Positions 7,950 to 18,421 of a stretch of DNA of 42,749 bases are shown piece by piece (the stretch's first letter is position 1; the number at the start of each line of letters is the position of its first letter). The DNA is from Patescibacteria group bacterium. GTDB lineage: Bacteria > Patescibacteriota > Patescibacteriia > SG8-24. Location: positions 1 through 42,749 of the forward strand of contig JAHJAU010000043.1 in assembly GCA_018813785.1 (NCBI GenBank), read 5' to 3'. The notes below the pieces were generated by a model. It saw only the letters and a program-made list of their open reading frames with translations. It made no database searches and was not told the origin of the DNA. The position numbers were made by a program, and so were the translations under genes.

Positions 7950-10900
7950 TTAGACTTTCACGGCTCCCCGACCAACTAGTTTTTCGATCGCGACGATCAG
8001 ATCACTCGATACTGCCACATTATAATGCGTTTCAATTTTTTTGACCGCCTCACCATCGCGCACCAGCAGAACCACACGTCGAGATCCAGGATACTTGGTA
8101 AAATTACGTTTTAATTCAACGGCTATCGAGGGAGCCATGGTGGGTGGAACCTGAATGGTTACAATTTCAGCCGCAACTTTAACATTCGTATTTTTTAATT
8201 TGCCGCCTCCCAACACCAACATATCGCGCACCTGATTAATATTATCAGGCGTTAAAGGAGTTACTTTCTCCGCTAGAAGTTTAGGCTCACCGTCTCGCTC
8301 ATCATATTTAGCCTCTAACATGATTGGTGTATCTTTAACCCAGGCTGATTTTGACTCGGCAAAAGTGCGGGGAAAAACCACGACCTCTACCTCGCTAGTG
8401 CCATCGTCCAGCCGCGCAAAGGCCATAGGTTCTTGTTTTTTCTTGGTCAAAATCTCCCGAATATCCGAAATCATTCCAGCCACTCGAAGCAAACTGGTTT
8501 GTCCGCGTTGCTGAGTGATATTTTTTAGCGAGATCAACGACCCTTCAAAAAATTTGGCGTACTCAGTAAATGGATGCTCAGAAACATATAGCCCGAGCAA
8601 CTCTCGCTCCCAAGCCAATTTTTCTCGTTTGGTGGCTGGCGGTGCCTCGCGTAAAGTAATTTCTCGAACTACACCTAAAATCGGTGAGGTGGCAAAAAGA
8701 TTGCTCTGACCACTTGCTAAATCTTTCATCGCGTCTCGATTGTATTTCAAAATTTGATCCAAAGAGGCCAAAAGCTGATTTCTCTCCCCCAAACAATCCA
8801 TCGCACCGGCCTTAATCAAGGCCTCTAGCACACGCTTATTAAAATATTTGGTCTCTAGGCGCGAGGCCATATCACTAATTGATTTATAAGCACCGCCAGC
8901 TTTACGCTCCTCGGCCATAGTCTGAGCCACATCCGCGCCCACATTTTTAATCGCTCGCAAACCAAAACGAATAGTCTGATCATCAATATAAGTGAAATCA
9001 ACCAGTGACTCATTGACCGATGGCGGCAACACGGTGATGCCCAAGCGCGCACATTCGGCAACGATAATCGCTACCTCATCAAGATCGTGCGACTCACAAG
9101 TCAACAACGCTGACATGTACTCAGCCGGCCAGTTAGCTTTCAGGTACGCGGTCTGATAAGCCACCATGCCGTAACTACAGGCGTGAGCTTTATTGAAACC
9201 ATATTGCGCAAATGGCTCGATCAATTTCCATAATTCCCAGGCCTTTTCTTCAGTCAGTCCACCATGCTCCTGACAACCACTGATGAATTTACCCTGCTGA
9301 CGATCCATCTCTTCTTTAATCTTTTTTCCCATGGCCTTGCGTAACTTGTCCGCCTCCAGCCAGTCATAGCCAGCGAGAGTCAGCGCCGTCAACATAACGT
9401 CGTCCTGATAAACCAACAGACCGTAACTTTCTTTTAATGCATCTTCCAGGCGTGGATCTGGATATATAACCCGAGCCGGATCTTTGGATCGAGCGATAAA
9501 TTCTGGAATGGATTCCATTGGTCCGGGACGATACAACGCCACCATGGCCATGATATCGGTAATTTTCGTGGGTTCGAGGGCCATTAAATGTTTGGTCATA
9601 CCCGAACCACCGAGCTGAAACAGACCCTGGGTTTCACCCCGCTTCAACAACTGAAATGTTTTCTTGTCATCGAGTGGTATGTCGTGAATATCAATATCTA
9701 ATCCTTTAGTATTTTTAATGGTCTTAATGGCCAAACCAAGAATGGACAGGTTGCGAATACCCAAAAAATCCATCTTCACTGCGCCGGCGTCTTCGATTTG
9801 ATGCATGTCATACTGAGTCACCAACTTCTCACCGCCCGACTCGCGCTGTAGAGCAGTAAACTCAGTCAGTGGTGTTGGTGTGATAACGACACCGGCGGCA
9901 TGCACTGAACAATGACGGGCGCTACCCTCCACCTTCTGTGATAAATCGAGCAAACGCTTAACCTGTGGATCAATCTCGTAAAGTTCTTTAAGTTCCGGTT
10001 CCATGTCTAGTGCCATTTGAATATTCTTAGCAGCGGTGGGAATCAACTTGGCCACTCGATCACAAAACGCGTACGGCAAATTCAATACCCGCCCCACGTC
10101 CCGCACCGCGCCACGCGCCGCGAGAGTTCCATACGTACCGATCTGAGCGACCTTATCTTTGCCATATTTCTCGGTAACGTAAGCAATGACCTCATCCCGA
10201 CGTGAATCCTCAAAATCACCGTCAATATCAGGCGCTGATGGACGCATTGGATTCAAAAACCGCTCAAATGGAAGTTTGTAAGTGAGCGGATTAACCGGGA
10301 CGATATCCAGGGCGTACGACACCAGGGAACCGGCGGCTGAGCCACGCGTGGTGTTGGCAATACCATTCGCCTTGGCAAATCTCATGTAGTCAGAAACGAT
10401 CAAAAAATACGAAGCGTAGCCCTTGGTTTTAATGACTTCCAACTCGTACTCTAAACGCTCCTGAATGCTAGGTGTAATTTCCGGTAATTTTTCAGCGATC
10501 CCCCGAAAGACTTCTTCGTCTAAAACTTCGTCATAATTTTTCCCGGCGGGAATTTTATAATCAGCGAAATACCATTTACCAAGCTCTAGCTGGATATCAC
10601 AGCGATCGGCAATTTTACGGGTGTTATCGATGGCTTCGGGGGTATCGGCGAAGGCTCGTTCCATGTGTTCACTTGAAACAAACGAATAGTCGGCATTAGT
10701 CATGGATTTACGACGATCATCCTGCACAGTCTTACCCAAACCAACGCAAACGAGTACATCATGAGCCTCGGCATCAGCCGGATCCATATAATGAACATCT
10801 TTGGTGGCCACGAGTGGCAGACCTGTTTTTTGCGCTAAGTGCTTAAGATCTGCGTTGCGAGCGCATTGTTCGTCCAATTCCGGATGATCTTGTAGCTCGA

Positions 10901-11420
10901 GAAAAAAATTATCCGAACCAAAAATTTCTTTATACTCATTGGCTACGCGCTCAGCTTTGTTCCAGTCCCCCACCGTAAGTGCTTTATTAATTTCACCAGT
11001 CAATCCGCCCGAAAGACCGATCAAGCCCCGGGCATGCTGGCGCAAAACTTCTTTATCTAAGCGCGGACGATAATAAAAACCTTCAACATTAGCGATGGTC
11101 GCCAATTTGAGCAGGTTTTTATAGCCCTCGATATTTTCTGCGAGCAGTACCAACTGATGATTACGATCGTCAATCCGGGGTCGTTTATCGGTTAACTTGT
11201 CCAGCGCCATGTAGACACATAGACCGATAATAGGTTTGATGCCAGCCTTCCGACAAACTTGATAAAATTCCACGCCGCCATATATGGCACCATAATCAGT
11301 GATCGCTAGCGCATCCATCCCCATTTCCTTGGCGCGAGAAACCAGCTCCTTGGTCTTCGGTAGCGCCCGAAGCATTGAGTAGTGCGAGTGGACATGAAGA
11401 TGAATAAATTTACTTGGCAT
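7950..11420 (-). CDS. dnaE: DNA polymerase III alpha subunit
   Basis: PHP domain HLHVHSHYS, RGSAAGS, PDIDGDF, FNKAH, C-terminal OB fold; 1156 aa with no intein-sized insert. Confidence 0.97.
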   Translation of the reverse strand: MPSKFIHLHVHSHYSMLRALPKTKELVSRAKEMGMDALAITDYGAIYGGVEFYQVCRKAGIKPIIGLCVYMALDKLTDKRPRIDDRNHQLVLLAENIEGYKNLLKLATIANVEGFYYRPRLDKEVLRQHARGLIGLSGGLTGEINKALTVGDWNKAERVANEYKEIFGSDNFFLELQDHPELDEQCARNADLKHLAQKTGLPLVATKDVHYMDPADAEAHDVLVCVGLGKTVQDDRRKSMTNADYSFVSSEHMERAFADTPEAIDNTRKIADRCDIQLELGKWYFADYKIPAGKNYDEVLDEEVFRGIAEKLPEITPSIQERLEYELEVIKTKGYASYFLIVSDYMRFAKANGIANTTRGSAAGSLVSYALDIVPVNPLTYKLPFERFLNPMRPSAPDIDGDFEDSRRDEVIAYVTEKYGKDKVAQIGTYGTLAARGAVRDVGRVLNLPYAFCDRVAKLIPTAAKNIQMALDMEPELKELYEIDPQVKRLLDLSQKVEGSARHCSVHAAGVVITPTPLTEFTALQRESGGEKLVTQYDMHQIEDAGAVKMDFLGIRNLSILGLAIKTIKNTKGLDIDIHDIPLDDKKTFQLLKRGETQGLFQLGGSGMTKHLMALEPTKITDIMAMVALYRPGPMESIPEFIARSKDPARVIYPDPRLEDALKESYGLLVYQDDVMLTALTLAGYDWLEADKLRKAMGKKIKEEMDRQQGKFISGCQEHGGLTEEKAWELWKLIEPFAQYGFNKAHACSYGMVAYQTAYLKANWPAEYMSALLTCESHDLDEVAIIVAECARLGITVLPPSVNESLVDFTYIDDQTIRFGLRAIKNVGADVAQTMAEERKAGGAYKSISDMASRLETKYFNKRVLEALIKAGAMDCLGERNQLLASLDQILKYNRDAMKDLASGQSNLFATSPILGVVREITLREAPPATKREKLAWERELLGLYVSEHPFTEYAKFFEGSLISLKNITQQRGQTSLLRVAGMISDIREILTKKKQEPMAFARLDDGTSEVEVVVFPRTFAESKSAWVKDTPIMLEAKYDERDGEPKLLAEKVTPLTPDNINQVRDMLVLGGGKLKNTNVKVAAEIVTIQVPPTMAPSIAVELKRNFTKYPGSRRVVLLVRDGEAVKKIETHYNVAVSSDLIVAIEKLVGRGAVKV

Positions 11421-11604
11421 GGACTCTCTGTCGATTATATTTTATCTCCTGGCTGATCTTCTATAGCCAGCCCCACCCTATCACATTACAACAAAAAAGG
11501 CTGTTGATAGCCTCTGGATTATTTTTGCAGTAAAGTAAACTGCCGGCTCTTATAAAATCACTTTTAATACACGAATGAATGTTTTGCATTATATTTAAAA
11601 ATGA

Positions 11605-11640
11605 AACTCCTAAGGCTTACGCCTGGGAATTTGCAGGCAT
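11605..11640 (-). repeat. Degenerate solo left end of the IS200 element found at 20680-21229
   Basis: AACTCCTAAGGCTTACGCCTGGGAATTTGCAGGCAT versus the IS end AACCCCGGGCTTACGCCCGGGGATTTGCAGGCAT (21198-21231). Confidence 0.65.
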
Positions 11641-11679
11641 TAACACACATTATTAGAACGACGATATTTAAAATAAAAG

Positions 11680-12912
11680 TTACCTAAAAAATAGTGGTTT
11701 AAACCTCTCCATTGTCTGTTCATCGTATCTATTTTGTAGCATGGCAATTAATGTCTTGCCAATATGATAACCAAGGTTTACGGGTACAGCGTTGCCGATT
11801 TGCTTATACTGTTGCGCGACCGAACCTACAAATTCCCAGTCGTCGGGGAAGGTTTGTATTCTTGCGTACTCACGAATATTTAATGGTCTCGTTTCTTCTG
11901 GATGACAGCGTTCGGTCTGTTTTTGTGCTGGACTACACGTGAGCGTTAGGCATGGTTCGTCCCATGCCAAACGTCGTGCCATGCCAGTTTTACCACCACC
12001 CATATAAAAGCTGGCACCCATATATTGCTTTTGTAATTTCTCTGGCAGGTCTCTCCAGTAACCACCTGGAGGCACCAATTTTAAAATTTCAGACTTGCCT
12101 TTTGGATATTTTTGCCCTTCAGACCGAGGACAGTCTTTCAATGCTTCTCTTATAGAGATTGTATAATTCCTTTCTTTCGGAAAAAAAATTGGTAAATTTA
12201 AATCTTTCCTTACACCGATGATAATTAATCGCTCTCTTTTCTGTGGCACATCCAAATATTGTGAGCGCAATATTTTATAAGCAACATTATAGCCTGCTTC
12301 GCTCAATTCTTTTGTCATTGTAACAAGAGTCCTGCCCTCATCATGTGTTGCTAGTCCTCTTACATTTTCTCCTACCGCTATCTTCGGCTTAATCTCTCTA
12401 ACACAACGAATGAACTCGTAGAATAAAGTACCTCTGGTATCACCAAATCCTTTTTTATTTCCTGCGTAACTAAAAGCCTGGCATGGAAAACCACCTTCAA
12501 CTATATCCGCCTTTATATTAGAAAAATTAACTTTATGAATGTCATCTTCCAAAATATTCCAATCTGGTCGATTTCGACGCAGGGTTGCGGCGGCATTTTT
12601 ATCAAACTCAACTAACATAACATCCCTTATGCCGGCATTTTCTAATCCGAGCGCTGTCCCTCCTGCGCCAGAAAAAAGCTCGACAACCGTATAAGGTGTC
12701 ATCTTTCTTTCTTTCAAAATTTTGTACGAACTTACACTAGACACACCACCTACCTTATCGTGTATCCTACGCACCTCATCGATATCGAATAATCGATAAT
12801 TCAACTCCGATCTATGCGCTTTTATAAGACCTTTCTTGTCCCAACGACGAATAGTATCCGAAGACACGCTTAATTTTTCTGCAGTCTCATTAACTGTTAA
12901 TAATTTATTCAT
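11680..12912 (-). CDS. C5-cytosine DNA methyltransferase with N-terminal MerR-type HTH (Eco47II/Sau96I-like)
   Basis: FSGAGG, GFPCQ, ENV, QKRER, QIGNAVP; N-terminal LTVNETAEKLSVSSDTIRRWD HTH. Likely start MNKLL at 12912 (ORF track gives 12930). Confidence 0.92.
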   Translation of the reverse strand: MNKLLTVNETAEKLSVSSDTIRRWDKKGLIKAHRSELNYRLFDIDEVRRIHDKVGGVSSVSSYKILKERKMTPYTVVELFSGAGGTALGLENAGIRDVMLVEFDKNAAATLRRNRPDWNILEDDIHKVNFSNIKADIVEGGFPCQAFSYAGNKKGFGDTRGTLFYEFIRCVREIKPKIAVGENVRGLATHDEGRTLVTMTKELSEAGYNVAYKILRSQYLDVPQKRERLIIIGVRKDLNLPIFFPKERNYTISIREALKDCPRSEGQKYPKGKSEILKLVPPGGYWRDLPEKLQKQYMGASFYMGGGKTGMARRLAWDEPCLTLTCSPAQKQTERCHPEETRPLNIREYARIQTFPDDWEFVGSVAQQYKQIGNAVPVNLGYHIGKTLIAMLQNRYDEQTMERFKPLFFR

Positions 12913-12937
12913 ATATACATGGTCGATCACTCATAAC

Positions 12938-12970
12938 TAAGTAACCATTGCATTATGCAATGGTTACTTA
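12938..12970. promoter_or_regulatory. Perfect 33-bp palindrome upstream of the MTase (putative autoregulatory operator)
   Basis: TAAGTAACCATTGCAT-T-ATGCAATGGTTACTTA, 16-bp arms with a 1-nt spacer. Confidence 0.6.
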
Positions 12971-12992
12971 AAATTGTCTTGTGGAAATCTAT

Positions 12993-13751
12993 TTAATAAA
13001 CGGAGTCAAATAACTTAAAGAATAATTTATCATTCTCTATACCTCCAGCAGAGACACCTTTGGTGTCTGCGATCACAATTGGTAATACATCGTACAACTT
13101 TCTGAGAGCCCTCGCATCACCCGAGGCTATCTCGTAAAAACTTTTACCGTCAATGACACGAATATATTTATATTTGGGTCTCTTCTTTTTCGTCACATTG
13201 TCTGATGGTGTAAAAAAATCATTATACGGCTCGTGTTTGCTTGGAATAATCTCTACATAATAACCAGTAAATCCCTTATTGTGTCTCTCACTAAGTTTTA
13301 CCAATAAATTATCATAGAGAGTCTTCTTGTCTGAGCCCTTGGTTGTGTTGTACTTATTTTTAATTTCGGCAATGATTTTCTTTTCCTCGTTTCTTACATC
13401 TACTAATCCACCGATACCTAGATTTTCCCATCCAGACATTGAACTGATGATGTCCTGATGAAAATCACCAAGTGCATTTTGAAGTGTTTTCTGTATCTGT
13501 CGATTTTTTTCGTTCTCTAGCCAATCAGATAACGAAATTCCATTAATCGCACTATCAAACACGGCAGAAAACGGATCGATTACATTACTAAAAACTTTCT
13601 CGTCAGCCTGCTCAACAGCAGCACTGGCTTTATCGAGTATAGTTTTGACACAACGCTTTAATTTATCGTCAGATATAAAAGGTAAGTAGGATATATTTAA
13701 AATAAGAAATGATGATTCTATCATCCTCACATACTCAGTAATGCCGGTCAA
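12993..13751 (-). CDS. Type II restriction endonuclease, Eco47II family
   Basis: NVIDPFSAVFD, RQIQKTLQNALGDFHQ, PD-(D/E)xK-like VD...AEIKNKYNT; adjacent to the cognate C5 MTase. Exact start uncertain. Confidence 0.85.
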   Translation of the reverse strand: MTGITEYVRMIESSFLILNISYLPFISDDKLKRCVKTILDKASAAVEQADEKVFSNVIDPFSAVFDSAINGISLSDWLENEKNRQIQKTLQNALGDFHQDIISSMSGWENLGIGGLVDVRNEEKKIIAEIKNKYNTTKGSDKKTLYDNLLVKLSERHNKGFTGYYVEIIPSKHEPYNDFFTPSDNVTKKKRPKYKYIRVIDGKSFYEIASGDARALRKLYDVLPIVIADTKGVSAGGIENDKLFFKLFDSVY

Positions 13752-13851
13752 GTCGCGCGTTTCGGTAACATTTATTTCTATCTAAACGGTATCTTTTTAC
13801 AAAAAATCCGCCTCTAGAAACGAGACGGAAGTGGTTAGATAATCAATCAAC

Positions 13852-14187
13852 TCAATCGTCAGTTCGGTCTGGACGATCGCTTGAATCACGCAAACGAAAA
13901 GGTTCAGTTAAAATCTGTCGGAATGTTCGATCATCTTCTTCTGGGCCTGGCCTTGAACTCTTTCGAATGTAAAAGAACCCGCATCGATTACAAATCACCA
14001 AAATGATCTGCAGTGGAATCCATATTGGAGCAAACACAATCACTGTTATAGAAGCGATAAACCCGAGCAGTGCTTCTAGCACCTGACGCAAAATCAATCC
14101 AATTATATATAGACAAAACGATATGCCTCGAACAAGATTATCTCTTATTATCGCTCTTTGAGTCCGAGTCTTCCGACGCCACGACAT
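13852..14187 (-). CDS. Small membrane protein, unknown function
   Basis: GGGAGG SD, two hydrophobic segments, own terminator (13801-13830). Confidence 0.65.
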   Translation of the reverse strand: MSWRRKTRTQRAIIRDNLVRGISFCLYIIGLILRQVLEALLGFIASITVIVFAPIWIPLQIILVICNRCGFFYIRKSSRPGPEEDDRTFRQILTEPFRLRDSSDRPDRTDD

Positions 14188-14331
14188 GATAAACCTCCCA
14201 AAAAATGAGCTATGTTTACCTGAGTATATCAGGCTCTAATGTTACTGAATAGATTAATTTAAACAAAAAAGTATAAGAAAACCCCGTATCTCAGATGACA
14301 CGGGGTTAATCGAACCAAGGAACAACGGGGG

Positions 14332-16278
14332 TTAGGCACTGAAATCGATCGGTGAATCTCCAAAGAGCAGTGGTGGTCTACTGATCGGCGCATCTTCCGG
14401 CTTGATACTGATCTCCGGACGAATCTTCAGACCTTCGTTTTCAGCGATTCGTCGAAAAGTCGGTGAAAGCTCGTACAACTCACCGAAAGATCCGGCCACT
14501 GCTTCCACCTGTGATTCTCCTGCCACCAGCTCGTCGACTGGTTTCAGCACAATAAACTGATCGCAGTCCATGACTGTCGAAAGTCGATGCGCTACGATGA
14601 TCGCTGTCACCCCGCGCTTCAAGACGGCATTCAGTCCATCCTGAAAACCTTTTTGGGTCTCTGAGTCCAAATTGCTGGTCGGCTCATCCATGATCAGCAA
14701 TCGCAACAGCGGATTCATCAAGGCCATCGCCGCTGACAAGCGCTGACGCTCACCGCCGGAAAGCTCGAGGCCGTCGCGTCCGATCTTGGTGTCAAGTCCT
14801 TTGATCAGACGTTCACCAAAATCAGCCTTAACTGCTCGCAAAACAGCCCAAATCTCATCATCGGAAGTTCTGCTTCGATGCTGGGGATCGAGTCCGTAAA
14901 GCATGAGCTCACGAATACTGCCATCGAAAAGCGGCGCACCCTGCGGAGCATAACCGACGAATCGTTTGAACGACGCCTGTGTCACCCCGCGCAGATCATG
15001 TCCATCAAGAAGCACTTGCCCTTGATCGGGGTCGCGTGACCGTAACAGCATGTGCAACAACGTCGTCTTCCCGACCCCTGACGGACCGATGATCGCCACC
15101 TTTTGTCCAGGTCGAATCGAAAAGCTGACATTTTGCAGAACCGGTCTCGATGATCCATCGTTATCTTTACCTGGATGAGCAAAGCTGACCTGCTTAACCT
15201 GAACCGACAGCGCGCCACTCGCCTCAAAATAGGTTGCATTGGGTGCGTCCTGAACGGCTGGTTCCAACTCCATCAATCGTTTGAGTGTATTGATGGCCGG
15301 TAGCTGACCATTGATCTGGCGCTCTGTTCCGCGTAACTGATCTATCGTGCTAATGAATCCACCGACCCAAAACGTAAACGGCAACAACGTCCCGATGGTC
15401 CATTCACCGGACAGCACCAACCAGATACCGATGGCTATCGCGCCCACAAAAAACGGTGACGAGGAGGTCTGAGCACGAATGTGATTCATGAAGTGATACC
15501 ACATCCAAAAACGCATCGCTTTATTGTTCGCCTCTCGATTCATCTGAAAACAGCGTTCGCTTTCCTCGACTTCTTTGCCTGAGGCCTTAACTCGCTCAAC
15601 ACCCCGCCAGCGCTCATCCATGTAGCGATCAACGGCGCGCAGCTCTTCATCGATTTCCTGGCCGACGGTCATGACCCGCCGGTTCAGATACAACGACCAA
15701 CCGGCGCTGTAGAAAATAAATACGAGCGCGATCAGACCGGTGATCCAATGAAGCCAGAACAGCAGACCCAGAAACAGAACGGCCTTGATCAGCATGGGTA
15801 TCAGCTGATAGAGCATGATCTTCTGCAGACCCCGAACAGCGTTCTGTCCCTTCTTGATGTTGGCTGGACTCAATTCCTGCGAATCACCAAGATGCTGACC
15901 AAGTGACTTACCGAAAAAAAGCTCGGTCAGACGCGTTTCCAGTGTTACGATTTGCTCTGTCCCCAGTCGCTCTTCCAGTCGACTCCTGATCCAATCAGAA
16001 CCCTGACCAACAACTTCAAAAACGGCGATCGCCGCAAATGACCAGACGATAATCGCTATCGCCCGAATGGCCAAGCCATCCAGAATCCACTTGAACATGT
16101 ATGGCCAGAGGGTGGAGAGGAATGAATCAACCAGCACAATCAACAGAGTCCAGATAAACAGCCGCCGACCGACTGAACTCATAAACTCCTGCCAAATCCA
16201 GCCCCACTGCCGCAGAACCATTAACGAAGTTTTAATGTACTCCCACCTGTTGGCGGGTTCCTTAACCTGTTTTTCCAT
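14332..16278 (-). CDS. ABC exporter, fused TMD+NBD (paralog 1)
   Basis: About 6 TM helices, [32 protein letters not shown]; terminator at 14279-14307. Confidence 0.92.
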   Translation of the reverse strand: MEKQVKEPANRWEYIKTSLMVLRQWGWIWQEFMSSVGRRLFIWTLLIVLVDSFLSTLWPYMFKWILDGLAIRAIAIIVWSFAAIAVFEVVGQGSDWIRSRLEERLGTEQIVTLETRLTELFFGKSLGQHLGDSQELSPANIKKGQNAVRGLQKIMLYQLIPMLIKAVLFLGLLFWLHWITGLIALVFIFYSAGWSLYLNRRVMTVGQEIDEELRAVDRYMDERWRGVERVKASGKEVEESERCFQMNREANNKAMRFWMWYHFMNHIRAQTSSSPFFVGAIAIGIWLVLSGEWTIGTLLPFTFWVGGFISTIDQLRGTERQINGQLPAINTLKRLMELEPAVQDAPNATYFEASGALSVQVKQVSFAHPGKDNDGSSRPVLQNVSFSIRPGQKVAIIGPSGVGKTTLLHMLLRSRDPDQGQVLLDGHDLRGVTQASFKRFVGYAPQGAPLFDGSIRELMLYGLDPQHRSRTSDDEIWAVLRAVKADFGERLIKGLDTKIGRDGLELSGGERQRLSAAMALMNPLLRLLIMDEPTSNLDSETQKGFQDGLNAVLKRGVTAIIVAHRLSTVMDCDQFIVLKPVDELVAGESQVEAVAGSFGELYELSPTFRRIAENEGLKIRPEISIKPEDAPISRPPLLFGDSPIDFSA

Positions 16279-16301
16279 GTCACCTCCTCTTCTTATGTGG
16301 T

Positions 16302-16370
16302 TTATCGCCCAACTTTCTGAACGAAATCTTGGCTACGACACTCTTGGCTCGCAGACAAAATTTCAACCAT
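16302..16370 (-). CDS. Putative 22-aa leader peptide upstream of ABC paralog 1
   Basis: MVEILSASQECRSQDFVQKVGR*, just downstream of TTGACA(16406-16411)-17-TATTGT(16383-16388); no SD. Confidence 0.3.
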   Translation of the reverse strand: MVEILSASQECRSQDFVQKVGR

Positions 16371-16477
16371 AAACAACCATTAACAATAATAAAAAATACC
16401 TAAATTGTCAATGTTAAGGTAACAAACCCAATTTTATGTCATTAAAAAGCACCTCATTAAAACGAGGTGCAAATCAC

Positions 16478-17140
16478 TTAAAGACGATTGCAACAACAGT
16501 CGTAGATCAGACAAAACGCATCCAGGTCGGCATCAGTCAAAAATTCTGAACCGCTTAGAAAACTCAATCCGTCATCGTTCATCACCCCTGGCCGATCGTT
16601 ATGATGCAAAAGACCCAGCAGATGTCCCAACTCATGCAGAGCCAGGTTGCGAACGAAGTGGAACCGGAATCGATCCAGCGACGCCTGAAGATTTTGGTTA
16701 TCGTAGCCCAGCTGTGCTGACCGCTCACATTGTTCGGCCTCCAGCTCGATCATGAACCGATCGAAGTTATACATGATCAAAATGACATCAGCTAAGGTAG
16801 CGTTACCCAAAGTGCTATCTGCTCCACCATAAACGTTTTGCAGATACTGCTCCGCTTCGATGGGGTTACTAATACGATAGATAACATGCACTCCATCTTC
16901 GTAGTCTCTTTCAGTGAAATCATCAGTCACTGTACCAGCTATCTCGAGAACGACATCGCCGTACGCATAACGACAGCCGGCCTGCCGATTCCATTCAGCC
17001 ACTGCATCAGCGATCCCTTCTTGTTCGAGATCGCTAAAGCGCGTATCAACGTATATCTGCACTGGCAAATCCTGCCATTCAGCGCAAGCGCTGAAGACTG
17101 TCACTAGCACACTCAGAAAGAATAGCCGACGCCAACCCAT
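16478..17140 (-). CDS. Matrixin-like (metzincin) zinc metalloprotease lipoprotein
   Basis: Lipobox VFSAC, HELGHLLGLLH, Met-turn GVM. Confidence 0.8.
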   Translation of the reverse strand: MGWRRLFFLSVLVTVFSACAEWQDLPVQIYVDTRFSDLEQEGIADAVAEWNRQAGCRYAYGDVVLEIAGTVTDDFTERDYEDGVHVIYRISNPIEAEQYLQNVYGGADSTLGNATLADVILIMYNFDRFMIELEAEQCERSAQLGYDNQNLQASLDRFRFHFVRNLALHELGHLLGLLHHNDRPGVMNDDGLSFLSGSEFLTDADLDAFCLIYDCCCNRL

Positions 17141-17670
17141 GTCTGTACTCCTTCGGCACTTTGCGTATAAATACGCCGGGCAAAATCACCGTAATGACTG
17201 ATGACTCTCCTAGGCTCCGGAAAAAAGAACCGGAAATCCACGGTCAGCCACCAACGATCAGCGAACTGCCATTCCAAGCCTGTGCCAAAAGTGATATCGA
17301 CTGCCCGTTCAACATCCGGTCGAATAATCCGAAAGCCGGGACACCAGGCGTAAAACACACCGGGGTCTAACAGATGTACTCGCCAGTTGTCATTTCGAAA
17401 GACATCAATCAAGAGATTCGCTCCAATCCCCCAAGGGACGTAGAGACCAACCTCTAAGGCAAGTGGTGTTTCTGGAATGCGACGCAATCGTACGGCCAGA
17501 AATAATCCAGCGCGATCCGGATATCCGCCGCCGATAGTACCCAACACCGTCAAATCAATGGCTTCGATCTCCGCCCCGGCTCGTTCCTGAGCCTCCACCT
17601 GTCCAGAAAAAACCATCAACACCGCGATCGCGACTGATACAGCCGCGATATCTCGAAACCGCTTAACCAT
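17113..17670 (-). CDS. Secreted protein with outer-membrane beta-barrel-like features
   Basis: Signal peptide ending VEA, alternating hydrophobic strands, C-terminal TWVGVGYSF; AAGGAGGT SD. Confidence 0.55.
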   Translation of the reverse strand: MVKRFRDIAAVSVAIAVLMVFSGQVEAQERAGAEIEAIDLTVLGTIGGGYPDRAGLFLAVRLRRIPETPLALEVGLYVPWGIGANLLIDVFRNDNWRVHLLDPGVFYAWCPGFRIIRPDVERAVDITFGTGLEWQFADRWWLTVDFRFFFPEPRRVISHYGDFARRIYTQSAEGVQTWVGVGYSF

Positions 17671-17868
17671 AGCGACCTCCTTTTATTGTGTAAGGAACCT
17701 ATACACCTCATCAGAGTAAAGCCTGGAGGTCAAATAAAAATCCGATGACCGAGGCCTGACAAATTAAGATGAATGATAAAAATTCGACAAATCATTAATT
17801 AAAATCCGATTTAAACGGCACTTGACTATCAACTTGTGACCTGAAAAAGTAAATTTGGGACGGGAAAA

Positions 17869-18396
17869 ATGAATCGTTCTTTTAAAAAAATGGTTTGGCA
17901 AGCCGTGCTTCGGGGTGGCCCAGGGTCATGCCTGCCGAAATCGCTCCGCCGCGTTTTTGGTCATTTCGTATTGACACAATTTCTACCAACCATCGAACAT
18001 TTGTTTGATGAGCCGATCAACTTTATCAATCTCATGCGATGTGTTTACGCCTATCACCGATTGATGCGTGATGGCGGGCTACTGATCAGGCTGACTGATC
18101 TCTATCTCGGACGTCTCTCAGGAGGCACCAAAGAAACACATTTGGAAATTCTTCAACAGTCGGTGGATCGTGACGTCCAAGCTCTGGAGCCGGTCATTGA
18201 TGATCCGATTGCTTGGCTGTGTCAACACAATCTCACCGAACAAGAAGTGTTGGAAAAATTTCACCTCAACAAATCAATGATTGGTAGCCCGCGTCAGCCC
18301 TCACTGACTATCGGTCAACTACTCACCACCAGACCGCAAGTTATTATGGGTAGTTACACTTGGTTTTTAATTCAGGGCAAAATGGATCTAGAATAA
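17869..18396 (+). CDS. Hypothetical protein
   Basis: 175-aa ORF ending at a bidirectional terminator (18395-18423). Confidence 0.55.
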   Translation: MNRSFKKMVWQAVLRGGPGSCLPKSLRRVFGHFVLTQFLPTIEHLFDEPINFINLMRCVYAYHRLMRDGGLLIRLTDLYLGRLSGGTKETHLEILQQSVDRDVQALEPVIDDPIAWLCQHNLTEQEVLEKFHLNKSMIGSPRQPSLTIGQLLTTRPQVIMGSYTWFLIQGKMDLE

Positions 18397-18421
18397 AAAA
18401 AGCCCCAACTTCTGGGGCGTT

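Noticed and set aside
7950..11420. Intein in dnaE
   Set aside because: Length (1156 aa) and motif spacing are ordinary; no intein splice-junction motifs seen.
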